Below, in pieces: positions 1-13,916 of a stretch of DNA of 64,000 nucleotides. The stretch lies in assembly GCF_009914755.1 (NCBI RefSeq), contig NC_060940.1; one strand, written 5' to 3'. Source of the DNA: the human T2T-CHM13v2.0 reference genome, Homo sapiens. Under the pieces are notes generated by a model. That model saw nothing but the letters and a program-made list of their open reading frames with translations. It did no database searches and was not told the origin of the DNA. The position numbers were made by a program, and so were the translations under genes. Positions within the stretch are counted from its first letter, which is position 1, and each line of letters starts with the position of its first letter.

Positions 1-88
1 GGAAGCGGTGGGCCAGAACGACTGCAGCATTTACGGAGAAGACACCGTGACAGACGAAGAGGGCAAGTTCAGATTACGTGGATTGCTG
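1..88 (+). CDS. NOMO1: NOMO (nodal modulator) internal coding exon, 5' part outside window
   Basis: Frame from base 2 reads EAVGQNDCSIYGEDTVTDEEGKFRLRGLL, then GT donor (gtgaga) at 89. Confidence 0.9.
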
Positions 89-996
89 GTGAGACTTGGA
101 ATGGGTTTTCTTTGGGGACTTTTTTTTCATCCTGTGTCCAGAAGTATCTTGTGGTGGCCCCAAGACTGCTAGGAGTGGGTTGGGCGAGAGGGCTGGGGGT
201 GGGGCTCTGGAGCCCTCCCAGTTCTTACCTTTAATTGGTAGAGTTTGCCTTTTTTCTAGCCAACAGGTCAGATCAAGGATCTGTGGCACAATGGAGTTGG
301 AAAACCATGGGTTTGGTAGGGCTTTTCCCTAGCAGTGTGTGGCCATGGCTTACGCCAGGGCTCAAGCCAAACGCCTATGGAGCCAGAAGAGCAGTATGAA
401 CGGGGGAGAGGAGGCTGTGCGAAATGATAGGGAGTGGTGAGGGCTGTGGAGTGGGCACGGCCTGTGGAAAGGGACAGCCTGTCACTTGGTTCCAGCTTAT
501 TGTAGCCATGGGGGAAGACAGAGTCAGGGTTGCCAGATCCTTGAAATTTTAAAAAGAGAAGTCAGAAATTCCCACTTCCCAGAAATAATACCCAACACAA
601 GCATTTGGGAATGCTTATGGTGGACATTCCAGATATCCATCAATGTGTATATACGGGTAGAGGGGAGGGGTGGATGGAGAGGAAAAACATCTTAGAAGAG
701 TAAGAGCACATAGTATGCTTGGAATTTTGAAATAAGAAACCAAATTTGATTTATTTTGGGGTAGGAGAAAATGAAACTGAGTTGGGATGGAAGGAGTCGC
801 AAAATTTCAGATGTTTCAACACTAGGGGTGTTCTTAAAGGAACTCTGGACTCTTAAGGTTAACAGGCCACAGATTAGGAAATGAGGGGAGAGAAATGCTC
901 CTGTCTTAATGATCTCGTGCAGCCAAACCAGGCTTGGACCAGGCACGATACGACAAGCCCCCTTTCTAGAGAGCTGACTCCTGAGTTTTTTTGCAG

Positions 997-1080
997 CCGG
1001 GATGTGTGTACCACGTTCAGCTCAAGGCAGAAGGCAACGACCACATTGAGCGGGCGCTCCCCCACCATAGGGTGATTGAG
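997..1080 (+). CDS. NOMO1: NOMO coding exon
   Basis: ttgcag acceptor; PGCVYHVQLKAEGNDHIERALPHHRVIE; gtaagg donor; 84 nt, phase 0/0. Confidence 0.92.
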
Positions 1081-1729
1081 GTAAGGCATTCAGTGCTGCC
1101 GCTGCACCTGGGTGTGGGTGCCTCCCTGATCAGAAGTCCTCCCGTCTCCTCTGGCTGTCTGCCTTTCATCTGTGGCGGGGGGAACTTTCATCCTAATTAA
1201 GGGTCCTCTTAGAATAGTGTCATCTTCACAAGCAGCATCTTATGTGGGTTTTTAATGAACAGCGTTGCTGTCATGCATCCAGAAAGGAAATTGGAACTGT
1301 TGTATCCTCCCCGCGACTTGCCCTGTAAGCTCTGATCATTATTCTGCAAGTTAAGGAACTTAAGGCCTAAGCAGCATTTCAAATCAAGGGACAATAATAG
1401 AACATGGGCTTAATGGGTGGCAGGGCCACGCAGTTATCTTAGGTTCAGATGACCTTTTTCCTGCTCCCATTTTGTGGGCAGAGTCTTTTGATACTCAAGA
1501 TCATGACCTAGCTAAATTAATCCCTAAAGAGGACATCCTTCGAGTCACAGAATGTGGCCTGGGAATCATTTGAAGTAAGGCTTTTCTCTTACTGAGTAAC
1601 TCTCATTGGGAAGACTAGAGGGCTTAGGTAGGGTAAGAGGGGCTGCCTCTTAGTGGCTTTATTTAGGTGGCTTCATTATGCATGAAGATTGTGAGGGAGG
1701 ATAGAACTTTTGACCTAGGAAGTGGATTT

Positions 1730-2034
1730 TCTTTTCTTTTTCTTTTTTTTTTTTTTTGAGACGGAGTCTCACCCTGTCACGCAGGATGGAGTGCAGTGCC
1801 GTGATCTCGGCTCACTGCAACCTCCTCCTTGTGGGTTCAAGTGATTTTCCCACCTCAGCCTGTAGCTGGGACTACAGGCACACACCATCACACCCGGCTA
1901 ATTTTTGTATTTTTAGTAGAGACGGGGTTTCACCATGTTGGCCAGATTGGTCTTGAACTCCTGACCTCAGGTGATCTGCTCGCTTCGGCCTCCCAAAGTG
2001 CTGGGATTACAGGCATGAGCCACCGCACTGGGCC
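1730..2034 (-). mobile_element. Alu (AluS-like) with target-site duplication
   Basis: Poly-T then antisense Alu; TSD ggaagtggattt at 1718-1729 and 2035-2046. Confidence 0.9.
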
Positions 2035-2259
2035 GGAAGTGGATTTCCTTGACGTCTTTACGGTGTTGGCATTTTAAATGGCTGGGATGACTGCATCTCA
2101 CACCAAAATGCTTTGCATGTTCTCGGTGTAGTAACTTAGGCCAGGATCACTAGCATAATGTGGACTGTGGCCGGGCAGGTATGAAAGGGAAGGGGGCCGG
2201 CCCTCTGGGATCTCGCAAACTCCATGTACAGACCTCACGCAGAGGGGGTGCTGTGACTC

Positions 2260-2601
2260 TGCCCCTGCTCTAACAGGCAAGAGCATCCTTCTCCTTTTTT
2301 TTTTAAGAGAAGCTGGAAAATCTGGCTTCATATATGAAATTTCTTAATTTTTAACATGTTGGCAAGTAATTCAAACGTAGAAAAAAAATACTGTGCTTTC
2401 GAAATGAAATGTGTCTATGGGCCAGGGACATGCCCCTGCTCTAACAGGCAAGAGCATCCTTCTCCTTTTTTTTTTAAGAGAAGCTGGAAAATCTGGCTTC
2501 ATATATGAAATTTCCTAATTTTTAACATGTTGGCAAGTAATTCAAACGTAGAAAAAAAATACTGTGCTTTCGAAATGAAATGTGTCTATGGGCCAGGGAT
2601 A
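2260..2601. repeat. 171-bp direct tandem duplication in a NOMO intron
   Basis: 2260-2430 and 2431-2601 are nearly identical (tgcccctgctctaacagg...gccaggga). Confidence 0.95.
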
Positions 2602-2774
2602 GCCATCTTCTGTCAGTTTGTGACCTTGGACGTAGGGTACTCAATGACAAACTTCGCTTCCTTAATGTAAGAAGCAAAGTTTGCCATGAAGCAGCTCTCA
2701 GGCCATCGGACAGCTGGCATAGAAGTTCCTCCACCAGCTTTCTCATTACTGGTATTCCCTCTTTCTCTCTCTAG

Positions 2775-2885
2775 GTTGGGAATAATGACATCGATGATGT
2801 AAACATCATAGTTTTCCGGCAGATTAATCAATTTGATTTAAGTGGAAATGTGATCACTTCCTCTGAATACCTTCCTACATTATGG
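2775..2885 (+). CDS. NOMO1: NOMO coding exon
   Basis: ctctag acceptor; VGNNDIDDVNIIVFRQINQFDLSGNVITSSEYLPTLW; gtaagt donor; 111 nt. Confidence 0.92.
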
Positions 2886-3254
2886 GTAAGTCCAGACTTT
2901 TAAGCTCCAAGTATTGTGTTCCCTTTGGCTTTGAGACAAGTACGAATGGGATGTTTTTGGGTTTGTGCCTGTCTCGTGCCTTAGGTGTGACAGGTGGAGG
3001 TGCTCCAGAGCGCCGCCTGCTGAGGGTTGAGGTTGAGATTTAAGAACCTTGGACCACAACACGTATTTGGGAGAGTGATTGCCAGTTGTGGGAGAGAATG
3101 TGGTCCAGTTTCAGATAACTGTCTGCCATCAGTTAATCTTCCAAAGAATTATAGTAGAAGCCTGATCAATGATCAATACAATATGGAATCTAACGTGGAA
3201 AGCCAATTTTAAAGAAAGCGCCTTGTAACTTAAAATTTTCTCTGGAGTGGAGGT

Positions 3255-3647
3255 CGTATTAAATGTTCTTGCATTGGTTTAAAGAAATGCCTGAGGCTAG
3301 ATAATTTATAACAAAAGAGGTTTCATTGGCTCCTCGTTCTGTAGGTTGTACAGGAAGCATAGTGGTGTCTGCTTCTGGGGAGGCCTCAGGAGGCTTCCAA
3401 TCATGGCAGAAGGTGAAGTGGGAGCAGGCATGTCATGTGGGAGAAGCTGGAGCAAAAGAGAGAGTTGGGGCATGGTGCCACACACTTTTAAATGATCAGA
3501 TCTCACAGGACTCATAACGAAGACAGCACCAAGCCACGAGGGATCCACCCCAAAGATCCGATCATCTCCCACCAGGCCCTACCTCCGGCACGGGGGATTA
3601 CAATTCAACATGAGATTTGGGCAGGGACAAATATCCAAACAGTATCA
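3255..3647 (+). mobile_element. MaLR solo LTR (MST/THE1 family)
   Basis: Typical motifs 'aatttata..aaaagaggtttcattggctc', 'caatcatggcagaagg', 'caacatgagatttgggcagggacaaatatccaaac'. Confidence 0.8.
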
Positions 3648-5163
3648 GAGGTGGTGGACGGTGGGCTGGAGAGCAGGTGGTCTGGGCTTTCTCTTGTCTC
3701 CAGTAGTGACTCACCTTGCTGCCTGGGCCAGTCACTTCATTTCCACATGCCTCGACTTCGTCCTCTGCAAAACCTAGATTTTGGACTCAGAGACCTCTTA
3801 TAATCTTGTTCAGCTCTAACAAAATCTCCATGTTACCATTAATGAAGAAATGTTTATAAAATACCCTGCAGACCCTCTACGGATGTTAGTGATTTGCTCT
3901 GGGGGTACATTGTTAAGATGCACTTGTAATTTTATAAGCAGTTAAGTATTTGGCATGGGTGAGAAAGTGTGTGTGCGCTTTAGTCCACTCTGTTCAGGGC
4001 TTGCAGGCGTGTGCTTGTAGGGACCAGGCAGGTAATGTCAGAGAGTGCAGAGGGTTGGGTAGGGTGGGGGGCAAACTGGGGAACTCCTGCCCCATCCATG
4101 AGTGGCACAGGGGAGGGGAAGAGGCAGAGAGGAGGGGAGGGCGCCACTCTCTTGCTCCTGAGTGTTGCTGTGCTAGAATTGAGGCTCAGGGTTGGTGTCA
4201 CTTCCCAGTTTTCCGGAGAAGCTGGAAATTAGAATTATTTGAAATCACCTGATTTTTAAATATAGTCGGTGAATTCAGATTTACTTAAGATGTTATAGAA
4301 GAAAAAAGAACACATAAGGGATCTTCAATGCGACCCATAACCTTCAGTCTGTGACTTTCATTTTAGGAAAATTCCCCTTGTGTGTTATGTAGAAAGGTGC
4401 CAGTGTGGGCCCAGGGAGGTGGTCCTGGCATTCTCTTGCGGCAGGTGCACTGTGGCATCCTCACAGCCTTTGCCATCAGCCAGGGCTGCACCTTAACCCT
4501 GCTCATGCCCCATGCCGTGTGGGAGTGAGAACAGGCAAGAACCCCAGAAATAAAGCCAGAAACAAAGTACTCCAGTGCCTCCTGAAGCAGCGTGGAGAGC
4601 CACGTACATGATGGAATGCGTTTTGAGTTTAACAGATTGGTGGAGTTAAGGTGACATCATATGATGAGGCAGTGCAAGGCGGGAAGGACCCTCAGGAGTC
4701 GTCAGGGGGTTGAGTCCCAGGCTCTACCATGTGTAAGTTGTGTGACCTTAGGTGACTTTGGCTCTCTGGGTCTCCATAGGGATAATAACAATACCTGTTT
4801 TGTAGTCAGGATTGGCGATAATGTAGATAAAATATCTGGCGCCTGCCTGGCATATTACAGATGTTCAACACGTGTTAGAAGCTATTTTTAATATTACTAT
4901 TATATTAACTTATATTACTATTTTGAGCAAGAACATGGGTAGTCAGAATCTGATTTGAATCTTAATTTCTGTGCATGATACATAACTGGATGGAGTCTCA
5001 GATGACAGAGGGATGTGTGATGTCTATGGAGGGAGCTTTCTTTTTCAAATATCCATGTTTCCAAAGACACCCACCCAGAAAGCGGCTGTCCTGAGGATGT
5101 CTGCTATGAAATATTGATTGTGTTTCAGTTTCAAAGCATGTCTGACTTTGTTTCTCCCTCCAG

Positions 5164-5265
5164 GTCAAGCTTTACAAAAGCGAAAACCTCGACAATCCAA
5201 TCCAGACAGTTTCCCTTGGCCAGTCCCTGTTCTTCCATTTCCCCCCACTGCTCAGAGACGGCGAG
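5164..5265 (+). CDS. NOMO1: NOMO coding exon
   Basis: ctccag acceptor; VKLYKSENLDNPIQTVSLGQSLFFHFPPLLRDGE; gtaatg donor; 102 nt. Confidence 0.92.
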
Positions 5266-5643
5266 GTAATGCCTGTGGCCGGATTCTACCTTCTGCCTTT
5301 GTTTTAATAATTCTGCTGTTTAGTTTAAGGAAGCACAGTTCTCTCCTTTTCTCCCTAAATACCACTCTGCAGAAATACGCTCTCTGAATCAAAAGAGGTT
5401 GGGTTCTGTAGGGATTATTTTTTCTTCATTGTTTTTCTGTTTACAAAAAGAATACATATTCATGGCAGGAGATTTTGGGAAAAAGAAGACATAAGCCCAT
5501 CATCCAGAAATAGCCACTGCTAACACGGTGATTGGTATCCTTTGGGTCTTTTTTCAGGCACGTGTGCGCATGCATGTATAAATATAAATAGACATTTATT
5601 TTAATAATTCAAAACTGACACTGTTTTGTACATTGTTTTGTAA

Positions 5644-6002
<359 letters not shown>

Positions 6003-6911
6003 AAATCTTTCATACTATGATTTTTATGGACAGTAGTCCATAAACTAGGAAACGCCATGATTTATTTAACCAAGGCCTACTGTTGGGCATGATCGACTCT
6101 TGCACTTTGAACATATCACCCCATGCTTTCCTGCTAAGAAGTCCACTTTTAAAAATGCCTTGTAATTTTTAAAAATTCCTCTATTTAACATTCTGCTATT
6201 GAGTTTAAGGAAATACAGTTTCCTCATGATGGGGGATCCCTTGAATGAGATGAGTTGCTTTTCTCTTGCTGCTTTGAACGTTCTCTCTGTCTTTGATAAT
6301 CTGATTATAACGTGTGTCGTGTAGAACACTTGCAGCTCCACCTTTTCAGTGTCCTTTGGGTTCCATGAATCTGGATGTCTCCCTCCTTGGAACTGGGAAG
6401 TTTTCAGCCATTATTCTGGCCGTCATTTACTGATTATAAAGTGCTTATTATCAATTCTATTTGGACAGAGCTAACTTGTAGTTGGTGTGGGGAGTGCAAA
6501 CTTTGCAAAGAATTTGGTTCTTTTCTGGTGGTCTTAGCCTGAGGATGTCAAGTGTGAGCCTAGAGGGTGACGTTTCCTCTCCTGGCTCCTTACCACCTGC
6601 CGTGAAGATGATCTACTCTGGCCTTTCTCTGTGGAAAATGGCTGCAAAATAATGAAACAGGCTGTCACGGAATTTTCTCCTCCTCTTTCTCCAGGGGTGT
6701 TGAAATAGTCACTTCCTACAGCGATGCGGAAACATCTTGGGCTTTGGGGTCACACTTCCCCTGAGTTCAGAGCCTTCATAGATGTGTGGCAGCCTTCTTA
6801 GCTGAGTGACCTTGGGCAAGTTACTCTTAGTCTCTTCGTGCTTGACTTTCCTCGTCTATAAGACGGGGTGATGATCCCGACCTTGCCAGTGGTAGAAAGC
6901 AAAGCAGCCGC

Positions 6912-7035
6912 GGGCCTCATGCAATGTGCATGGTGCCTGGCAGCTGGTCGGTGCTCAGCACACAGAGCTGTGATGGGTCTCATGCAATGTGCATGGTGCC
7001 TGGCAGCTGGTCGGTGCTCAGCACACAGAGCTGTG
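6912..7035. repeat. 63-bp tandem duplication inside a MIR-like element
   Basis: ctcatgcaatgtgcatggtgcctggcagctggtcggtgctcagcacacagagctgtg occurs at 6916 and 6979. Confidence 0.9.
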
Positions 7036-7498
7036 GCTGCCCCTGGTGCCGTTCCAGGGATGCTGTATTTTTAGGATTTGCCAGCTTACGAGCCTCTCAA
7101 GCATCGTCCCTTTGAAGTCAGCCCCGTTGTGGATCCTCAGTTGTATCACGTACCTCCCTCATCAGAATTGGCTCATAATAATTTTTTGTGTTTCATAAAG
7201 TCAGATCCTCAGAGGACCGTAATTGTCAAGGTTGGGTACTCATAAAAAGGCTGCAGGCTCTGACAGCCTTATCAGAAGCCACAGTCTCAGAGACACTGGG
7301 GACACATGCCCGCCACTGATGGAATAGCCCGCTGAGGTTGATACTTTGAAGGCAGCAACCTTGGTTTGGATGTGTAGTCTTGGGGATTTCTTTAAAAACA
7401 TAAAGTTCTTTACATCACAGCCATACGTTAGGTTTTAGTTTTCATTTGCTTTGCCAGAGCTGTCCTTGTAAAAATAACTTCTTCCCATGTGTGCACAG

Positions 7499-7618
7499 AA
7501 CTATGTTGTGCTTCTGGACTCCACACTCCCCAGATCCCAGTATGACTACATCTTGCCTCAAGTTTCTTTCACCGCAGTGGGCTACCATAAACACATCACC
7601 TTGATTTTTAATCCCACG
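7499..7618 (+). CDS. NOMO1: NOMO coding exon
   Basis: gcacag acceptor; [40 protein letters not shown]; gtaagt donor; 120 nt. Confidence 0.92.
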
Positions 7619-7652
7619 GTAAGTAAAAGAGGGAGTTAAAAAAAAACCCATG

Positions 7653-8041
<389 letters not shown>

Positions 8042-8934
8042 TTAAAGGGCTCCTGGCATTGGGTCACTTTCTCATTCTGCCTTCTGGATTCTGGGCTTCC
8101 CCAGATTGTTTTTAGCTTTTCTGAGCACTGATGCCTGCGATTCCCTTTGAGGAGGAAACTGGTAATAAGAGCAGTGTAATTGTTTAGATCGGTGGCTCAG
8201 GAATGATTTTGGGGGAGGAGGGACACCACTATCGCTGGTGTGGCGTGTGCTTCTCCATGAGGGAGCACATGGTACATGGCCACGCAAACCTCTAGAACCA
8301 ACTGCTACTTTACAGGAAATAGGGAGGACCCAGGAGCACGCAAATGACTCCACAGGGATGCAGGACAACCACCTGGAGCCTGATTTGTTTGACAAATAAA
8401 TTGCAAGGAAAAAAAAACCAACAACAGATGGACAGAATACCTGTGGGTTAAAAGAAACTTAACTTATCGCTTAATTCATTGCAATATGTGGCCCTTACTA
8501 TTTGCAATATGTGTATCTGTTGCATACGGTCTGTCCTGTATCCGATAGGCTGGAACAGTGGAACAAACAAAACATACACGTATCTTTTACCTTCTTGATA
8601 AAATTGTTTAGTGATTCCTAAAGCTCAGATGCAGTATTGTCACCTGATGATTAAACAGACACATCAGCAATAGCAAAAACAGAGTCCAGGGCTCAGCCTC
8701 AGGACTGCTGATTCTGAACTTGACGGGGTGAAAGTGTAGCACAGGAGTCTGCATTAAAAACAAAAATCTGGCCTCATAGCTACTGTGTTGGTTGTTGCTT
8801 CTAGGCCTTTTCAGTGGGCAGAATAAGAACTTTATTGTTTTCAAAAAATGTAACTGTAAGTGGAACAATATCCTCCGATCCTCCTTTTTCCTTTTTTGAT
8901 AACGACACAGCATTCCTCTGTGTGGATATACCGT

Positions 8935-9277
8935 GTGTCTTAGGCCATTTGGGCTGCTATTTTGTATCTTAGACTGGGTAACTTATAAACAACAAACATT
9001 TATTTCTTACAGTACTAGAGGCTGGGAAGTCCAAGATCAAGGCATTGGCAGATTTGGGGTCTGGCGAGGGCTTGCTGTCTGCTTCATAGATGGTGCCACC
9101 TAGCTGTGTCCCCACAAGGCGGAAAGGGGCAAACAAGTTCCCTCAGGCCACTCTTACGGGGCATTAATCCCTGACTTAATCACCTCCTAAAAAGGGTGTC
9201 CTCTTGACACTATCACATTATGGATTAGGGTTCAACCTATGAATTACGTAGGCACAGACACATTCAGATCCTGGCAC
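8935..9277 (+). mobile_element. MaLR LTR (MLT1A/MST-like)
   Basis: 'tgtcttaggccatttgggctgcta...ggctgggaagtccaagatcaagg' motifs. Confidence 0.7.
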
Positions 9278-9279
9278 TA

Positions 9280-10065
9280 CATGTAGGATATTCAGTTAGC
9301 CCCTGGTTGAGGGGCGTTTGTGTTGTTACTGGTTTTCTGCTATTACACATAACCCTTTAATGAATTGCCTTACGCATGCATGTTTTTGAGTGTTCGTCAG
9401 TCTCTCTTTGGAATAGACTCCCAGAAGTGGAATTGCTGAGTCAAAGGGTAAATGCATACGGAATTTTGATTGATACGGCCACTTCCCATCCATGGGGGTT
9501 TTACTGTTTTATATTCCCGCCAGCAGTGAATGAGTACCCTTTTTTCCCCAACAGAGTATTTTGTCAAATTTTTCAATTTTTGCAGGCTTATAGATGAGAA
9601 GTGATATTATCTCAGTGTACTTCTAATTGCATTTCTCTCTTTTCATGTGGTTAAGAGCCATTTGTATTTTCTGTGAACTATTTAACCTATTTTTCTATAG
9701 AATTTTTGGTCTTTTTCAACCATTTTCAGCTCTTTGTATACTAGGAATATTAACCCTTTGTAATGTTTGTTGTACATATTTTTCCCAATTTGTCATTTAT
9801 CTTTTCACTTGGTTTCTGCAAAGATTTACTTTATTTCTATGTTAAATGTGTTGATTTTTTTCTTATTGCTTCTGGATTTTAGAGTCATAGGAAGGTTTTC
9901 TTCATTCCCAGCTTTTACAGGAATTTATTGTGTTTTTTTCAGGCAGACTTTTATAGTTTCTGTTTTTACATTTAAATCTCTCTATCCATTTGGAGTTTTT
10001 CCTGGTATAGATGTGAAGTATGGCTCCAGATTGTCTTTTTCCACATGCTATCCAGTTACCATTTC
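9280..10065 (-). mobile_element. Old L1 (L1M) fragment
   Basis: T-rich antisense L1 3' motifs such as 'cccagaagtggaattgctgagtcaaaggg'. Confidence 0.6.
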
Positions 10066-10361
10066 ATGCTTTTCAAACGCCATCCTGCATGGAAGGTGGA
10101 CAGGAATTACCTTTCATTTAGAGATGAGAAGATGGGAACCTAGAAGGAGATGTGAGCAGCCCAAGGTCACCAGCTCACGTGGAGCAGTGCTAGGGCTTGA
10201 GCAGAGCTCTGCTGCTGATTCCGGGCTTCTGTGAAGAGTGATTCATGCTCAGTGAGCCTGTAAATATGATCTTACCTGAACAAGAGAGTTTTTCTCATGA
10301 CCCACGAGGAAACACTTCCTTGTTACTCACAGTAGAGACCTGGTTAGAAAGTGCCGGAGAG

Positions 10362-10661
10362 GGCTAGGTGTGGTGGCTCACGCCTGTAATCCCAGCATTT
10401 TAGGAGGCTGAGGTGGGCAGATCATTTGAGGTCAGGAGTTCGAGACCAGCCTGGGCAATGTGGTGAAAGTGAAACCCCATCTCTGCTAACAATACAAACA
10501 TTAGCCAGGCGTGGTAGCACGCACCTGTAATCCCAGCTACTCGAGAGGCTGTGGCAGGAGAATTGTGAACCTGGGATGCAGAGTTTGTAGTGAGCTAAGA
10601 TAGCCCCAGTGCACTCCAGCCTGGGCGACAGAGCAAGACTGTTTCAAAAAAAAAAAAGAAA
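10362..10661 (+). mobile_element. Alu
   Basis: Sense Alu dimer with poly-A tail. Confidence 0.9.
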
Positions 10662-10925
10662 GTGCCAGAAAGATAAGCATATACAAGAACCACTTACCTT
10701 TGCTTGGGGCTGCACTGTGGCCCCAGTTGCTGGGAGAGGCTTCTGTGAAGGCCGTTGATAGCTGCAGGCAGTGACATTCTCAGGGGCCCCTAGCAGACAA
10801 CTCATCCGGGCTCAGGGACACACCTGGGAGCCAGTGGCAGGAATGTGGAGACACTGCTTGGTGGTGGCCAAGCAGCCCAGCCTCGTAGCTGCTGCCTGTC
10901 ACTTCTGAGAATGTAAGAAACTGTG

Positions 10926-11031
10926 CCCTGGTGTGTGATGTTCCCCTTCCTGTATACCTATGTAACTAACCTGCACATTGTGCACATATATCCTAAAACT
11001 TAAAGTATAATTAAAAAAAAAAAAAAAAAAA
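10926..11031 (+). mobile_element. Very short 5'-inverted L1PA 3'-end insertion
   Basis: 10926-10952 is the reverse complement of L1 3'UTR 'caggaaggggaacatcacacacc'; 10951-11010 is the sense L1PA terminus; then poly-A. Confidence 0.8.
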
Positions 11032-11588
11032 GCTATGCCTGCTGGGGCTTGGATTCCCGAGCAGGGCCAAGTGTTGAATGAAGAGAGCGCCCACTCTGTG
11101 CCACCCCGTACAGGGCCCTCACAGGTTGATCCTCACAACAAGCCTTCGAGCAGGTGTGCCATTCCTCCCATTTTCACAGAAGCCCAGAAAGATTGAGTCA
11201 CTTACTGAGTGTTAGCAGAACCAGGACTCAAGTGAGGCGGTTTGTCTCAAGCCACATGGTTTCCACCTCGTTCTGCCCTCCGCGTGATGAGTGGCTCAGC
11301 TTTGCACGTTCACGGGGGCTTTGTAAGCACATTGGTTTCCTTCTTTGTTGATGTGACTGCCCACAGCCTCGCGACTGGATTTTACTCAGTATTCCATGCC
11401 CTGCTGAGCATTTCACATACTCCTTTCATCAAGTTTCACAGCATCCACCCCCAGTGGGTGTTGTTCATATGATCTCCATGTCATAGTTGAGTAAACTGAG
11501 TCTCAACGTGGTTGCCTGAGTTTACCCAGTGAGGCCTGGGACCTGAGCCTAGACTGAATCACTCTAATTCCTGCTGAATTAAACTTTT

Positions 11589-11888
11589 ATTTATTTATTC
11601 ATTATTATTTTTTTCTGAGACAGAGTCTTGCTTTGTTGCCCCTGCTGGAGTGCAGTGGCACGATCTTGGCCCACTGCAACCTCTGCTTCCCGGGTTCAAG
11701 TGATTCTCACCTCCTGAGTAGCTGGAATTACAGGCATGCACCACCACTTCTGGCTAATTTTGTATTTTTATAGAGACGGGGTTTCACCATGCTGGCCAGG
11801 CTGTTCTCAAACTCCTGACCTCAGGTGATCTGCCCACCTCAGCCTCCCAAAGTGCTGGGATTACAGGCGTGAGCCACTGCACCTGGCC
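11589..11888 (-). mobile_element. Alu with TSD
   Basis: Antisense Alu; TSD tgaattaaactttt on both sides. Confidence 0.9.
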
Positions 11889-12059
11889 TGAATTAAACTT
11901 TTAAGTAAGTGTTTACTTCAGTGGAAAAATGGGTTGGGTTCTAAGAGATGTCCAAAGATACAGGAGTAGGCAGTTGTTGATGGAAATCTGTTCCTGCCCT
12001 TATTCTTTCATTTATGAAAGGGCATCCCAGGTACAGCGGCGCCCACAGTCACTCTCTAG

Positions 12060-12400
12060 CCCAGCAGTTCTCGGATGGGTTGGTTGCAGGACCCCTTTAT
12101 ACTGTTAAAAATTATTGAGGATTTTAAAGAGTTTGAGTTTGCATGGATTATCTCTGTGTATATTTATCATATTAGTAATTAAAACCGAGATGTTGAAAAC
12201 GCAAGAACTCACAAGCTACACATTCCGTTAGCTGTGGGCGTGATGACATCAGGGTGCGTAGTCTCTGGAAAAGTCCACTGTGCGCTTGCGAATGAAAGAG
12301 GGCGGAAAAGGCACATCACATCTTACTATTGGCTGAAAATAGCTGTGGCCTCGGGAACCTCTGCGAGAGGAGTCCCGGTATCCTACACTGAGAACACTGC
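12060..12400. mobile_element. hAT-Charlie-type DNA transposon remnant
   Basis: 'cagcagttctc...aggacccctttatactgttaaaaattattgagga' resembles Charlie/MER termini; subfamily not resolved. Confidence 0.5.
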
Positions 12401-13400
12401 TCTGGCTCATTAACTTGTTTTTATCATTATTGGGAAGTTCTCCTTCCATTTATTTGCTTCCTTTATGAGAGTAGAGTGGGCCAATGGGATATAGGTTCAC
12501 TTGATGCTTTAGAACCCAGCATTTCAGGGGCTTTAGCAAGATGGAAATGTCTGTCTCATGTCAAGTGTCCAGGAGTGACCAGTGCAGAGATAGTCTGGTA
12601 GCTCCAAGGCGTCAGGGGACCCAGGCCCCTTCTGTCTCATTGCGCTGTTCCAGTGCATTGCTTTTCTCCAAAATGGGGCAATTGGCCAAATGCTGTCTGC
12701 CCAGCAAAAGGGAGGGCACACCACTTCCCTAGGGTCCAGCCAGGGTGTGGCACTTACCGCTTCTGTTCCTGTACCATTGGCCAAAATTTAGTTCCAGGGC
12801 TGCGCCTGCTGCAGGGGAGGCTGGAAAAGGTGATCTATATTGTCGGTGGCCCAGATAAAAGTTGGGGGTTCTATTGGGAGAAAGGGAGAATGGCCACAGG
12901 GATGCTAGTAGCAGTGCCTGCTTTGCTTCCTCACTAGACCGTACTGGCTGGGAATAGCTGCCCATCACTGTGTGCCCTGGGTCTAGAACTGTAGGTTCTT
13001 GATACATCCTTGTAGGACTAAGTCCCTGCATGTTGCTGGGACTCAACAAACTGAGACCCAGTTGCTTTTCAACCACCAAGACTCTCTGATAGCTGCATCT
13101 CTTCATTTCCTCAGTTGGGAGGAGGGTCCAGAGGCTGAGGAATGCCTTGTCATTGGAATCTCTTTGTCCCTGAGTTTCAGAAGCAAATAGTGAAGCTTTG
13201 GGCAGAAGAGGATTCATGGGAAAATATATCCAAATCACTTTGGTTCCTTCCTTTGGATAGAAGGAATTTGGATCATGAGGGCCCCTGGGTGTCCTCAAGT
13301 GGCCACTTTGGAAGGCTGGGTGGGTGGTGGCTGTGGCATTGTGGATGATGGACAATCGTGTGGCCTTGGTGAGGAGTGATGGGGCTCTCGGTGTTTGCAG

Positions 13401-13493
13401 AGGAAGCTGCCTGAACAGGACATCGCACAAGGATCCTACATTGCCCTGCCATTGACGCTGCTGGTTCTGCTGGCCGGTTACAACCATGACAAG
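13401..13493 (+). CDS. NOMO1: NOMO penultimate exon (transmembrane segment)
   Basis: ttgcag acceptor; RKLPEQDIAQGSYIALPLTLLVLLAGYNHDK; gtagga donor; 93 nt. Confidence 0.92.
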
Positions 13494-13916
13494 GTAGGAA
13501 ATCCAGAGGCCTCAGGAGATGGCGGGCATGTCAGGGAGAGCGAGTCCTCACAGCTGCAGGAGTGATAGCAGAGGGATGTCCAGGGTCACAGAAATCACAT
13601 TTCCGGGTCGGGAGGGCCCGTGAAGGCCTCAAGTCCAGACTTAGGTCTCCTTTCAAGGCTGTAAACTTCTGTAACATCTCCTAATCCTTAAACCTGGAAC
13701 ACCTCTAGGGACATATTAGGCCCGGAGAGAGGCCAGCCCATCCCTGGGGACTCATTAGTAAGAGGCCTGCCTCGTTTGAACTGAAACCCACCCATTAGCA
13801 CGTGGCAGCTGCTGATCATGTCTGAAGAAGGTGTGTTGAGAAGTGAGGCTCCGCTGTTCATCTGGCAAAAGCCTCCTCTTTGTACCCCTCTCTCTCACAC
13901 TTTCTCTCTTTTCTAG

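Noticed and set aside
12729-13487. 252-aa minus-strand ORF overlapping a NOMO exon
   Set aside because: No recognisable homology or splice structure; likely a chance antisense ORF
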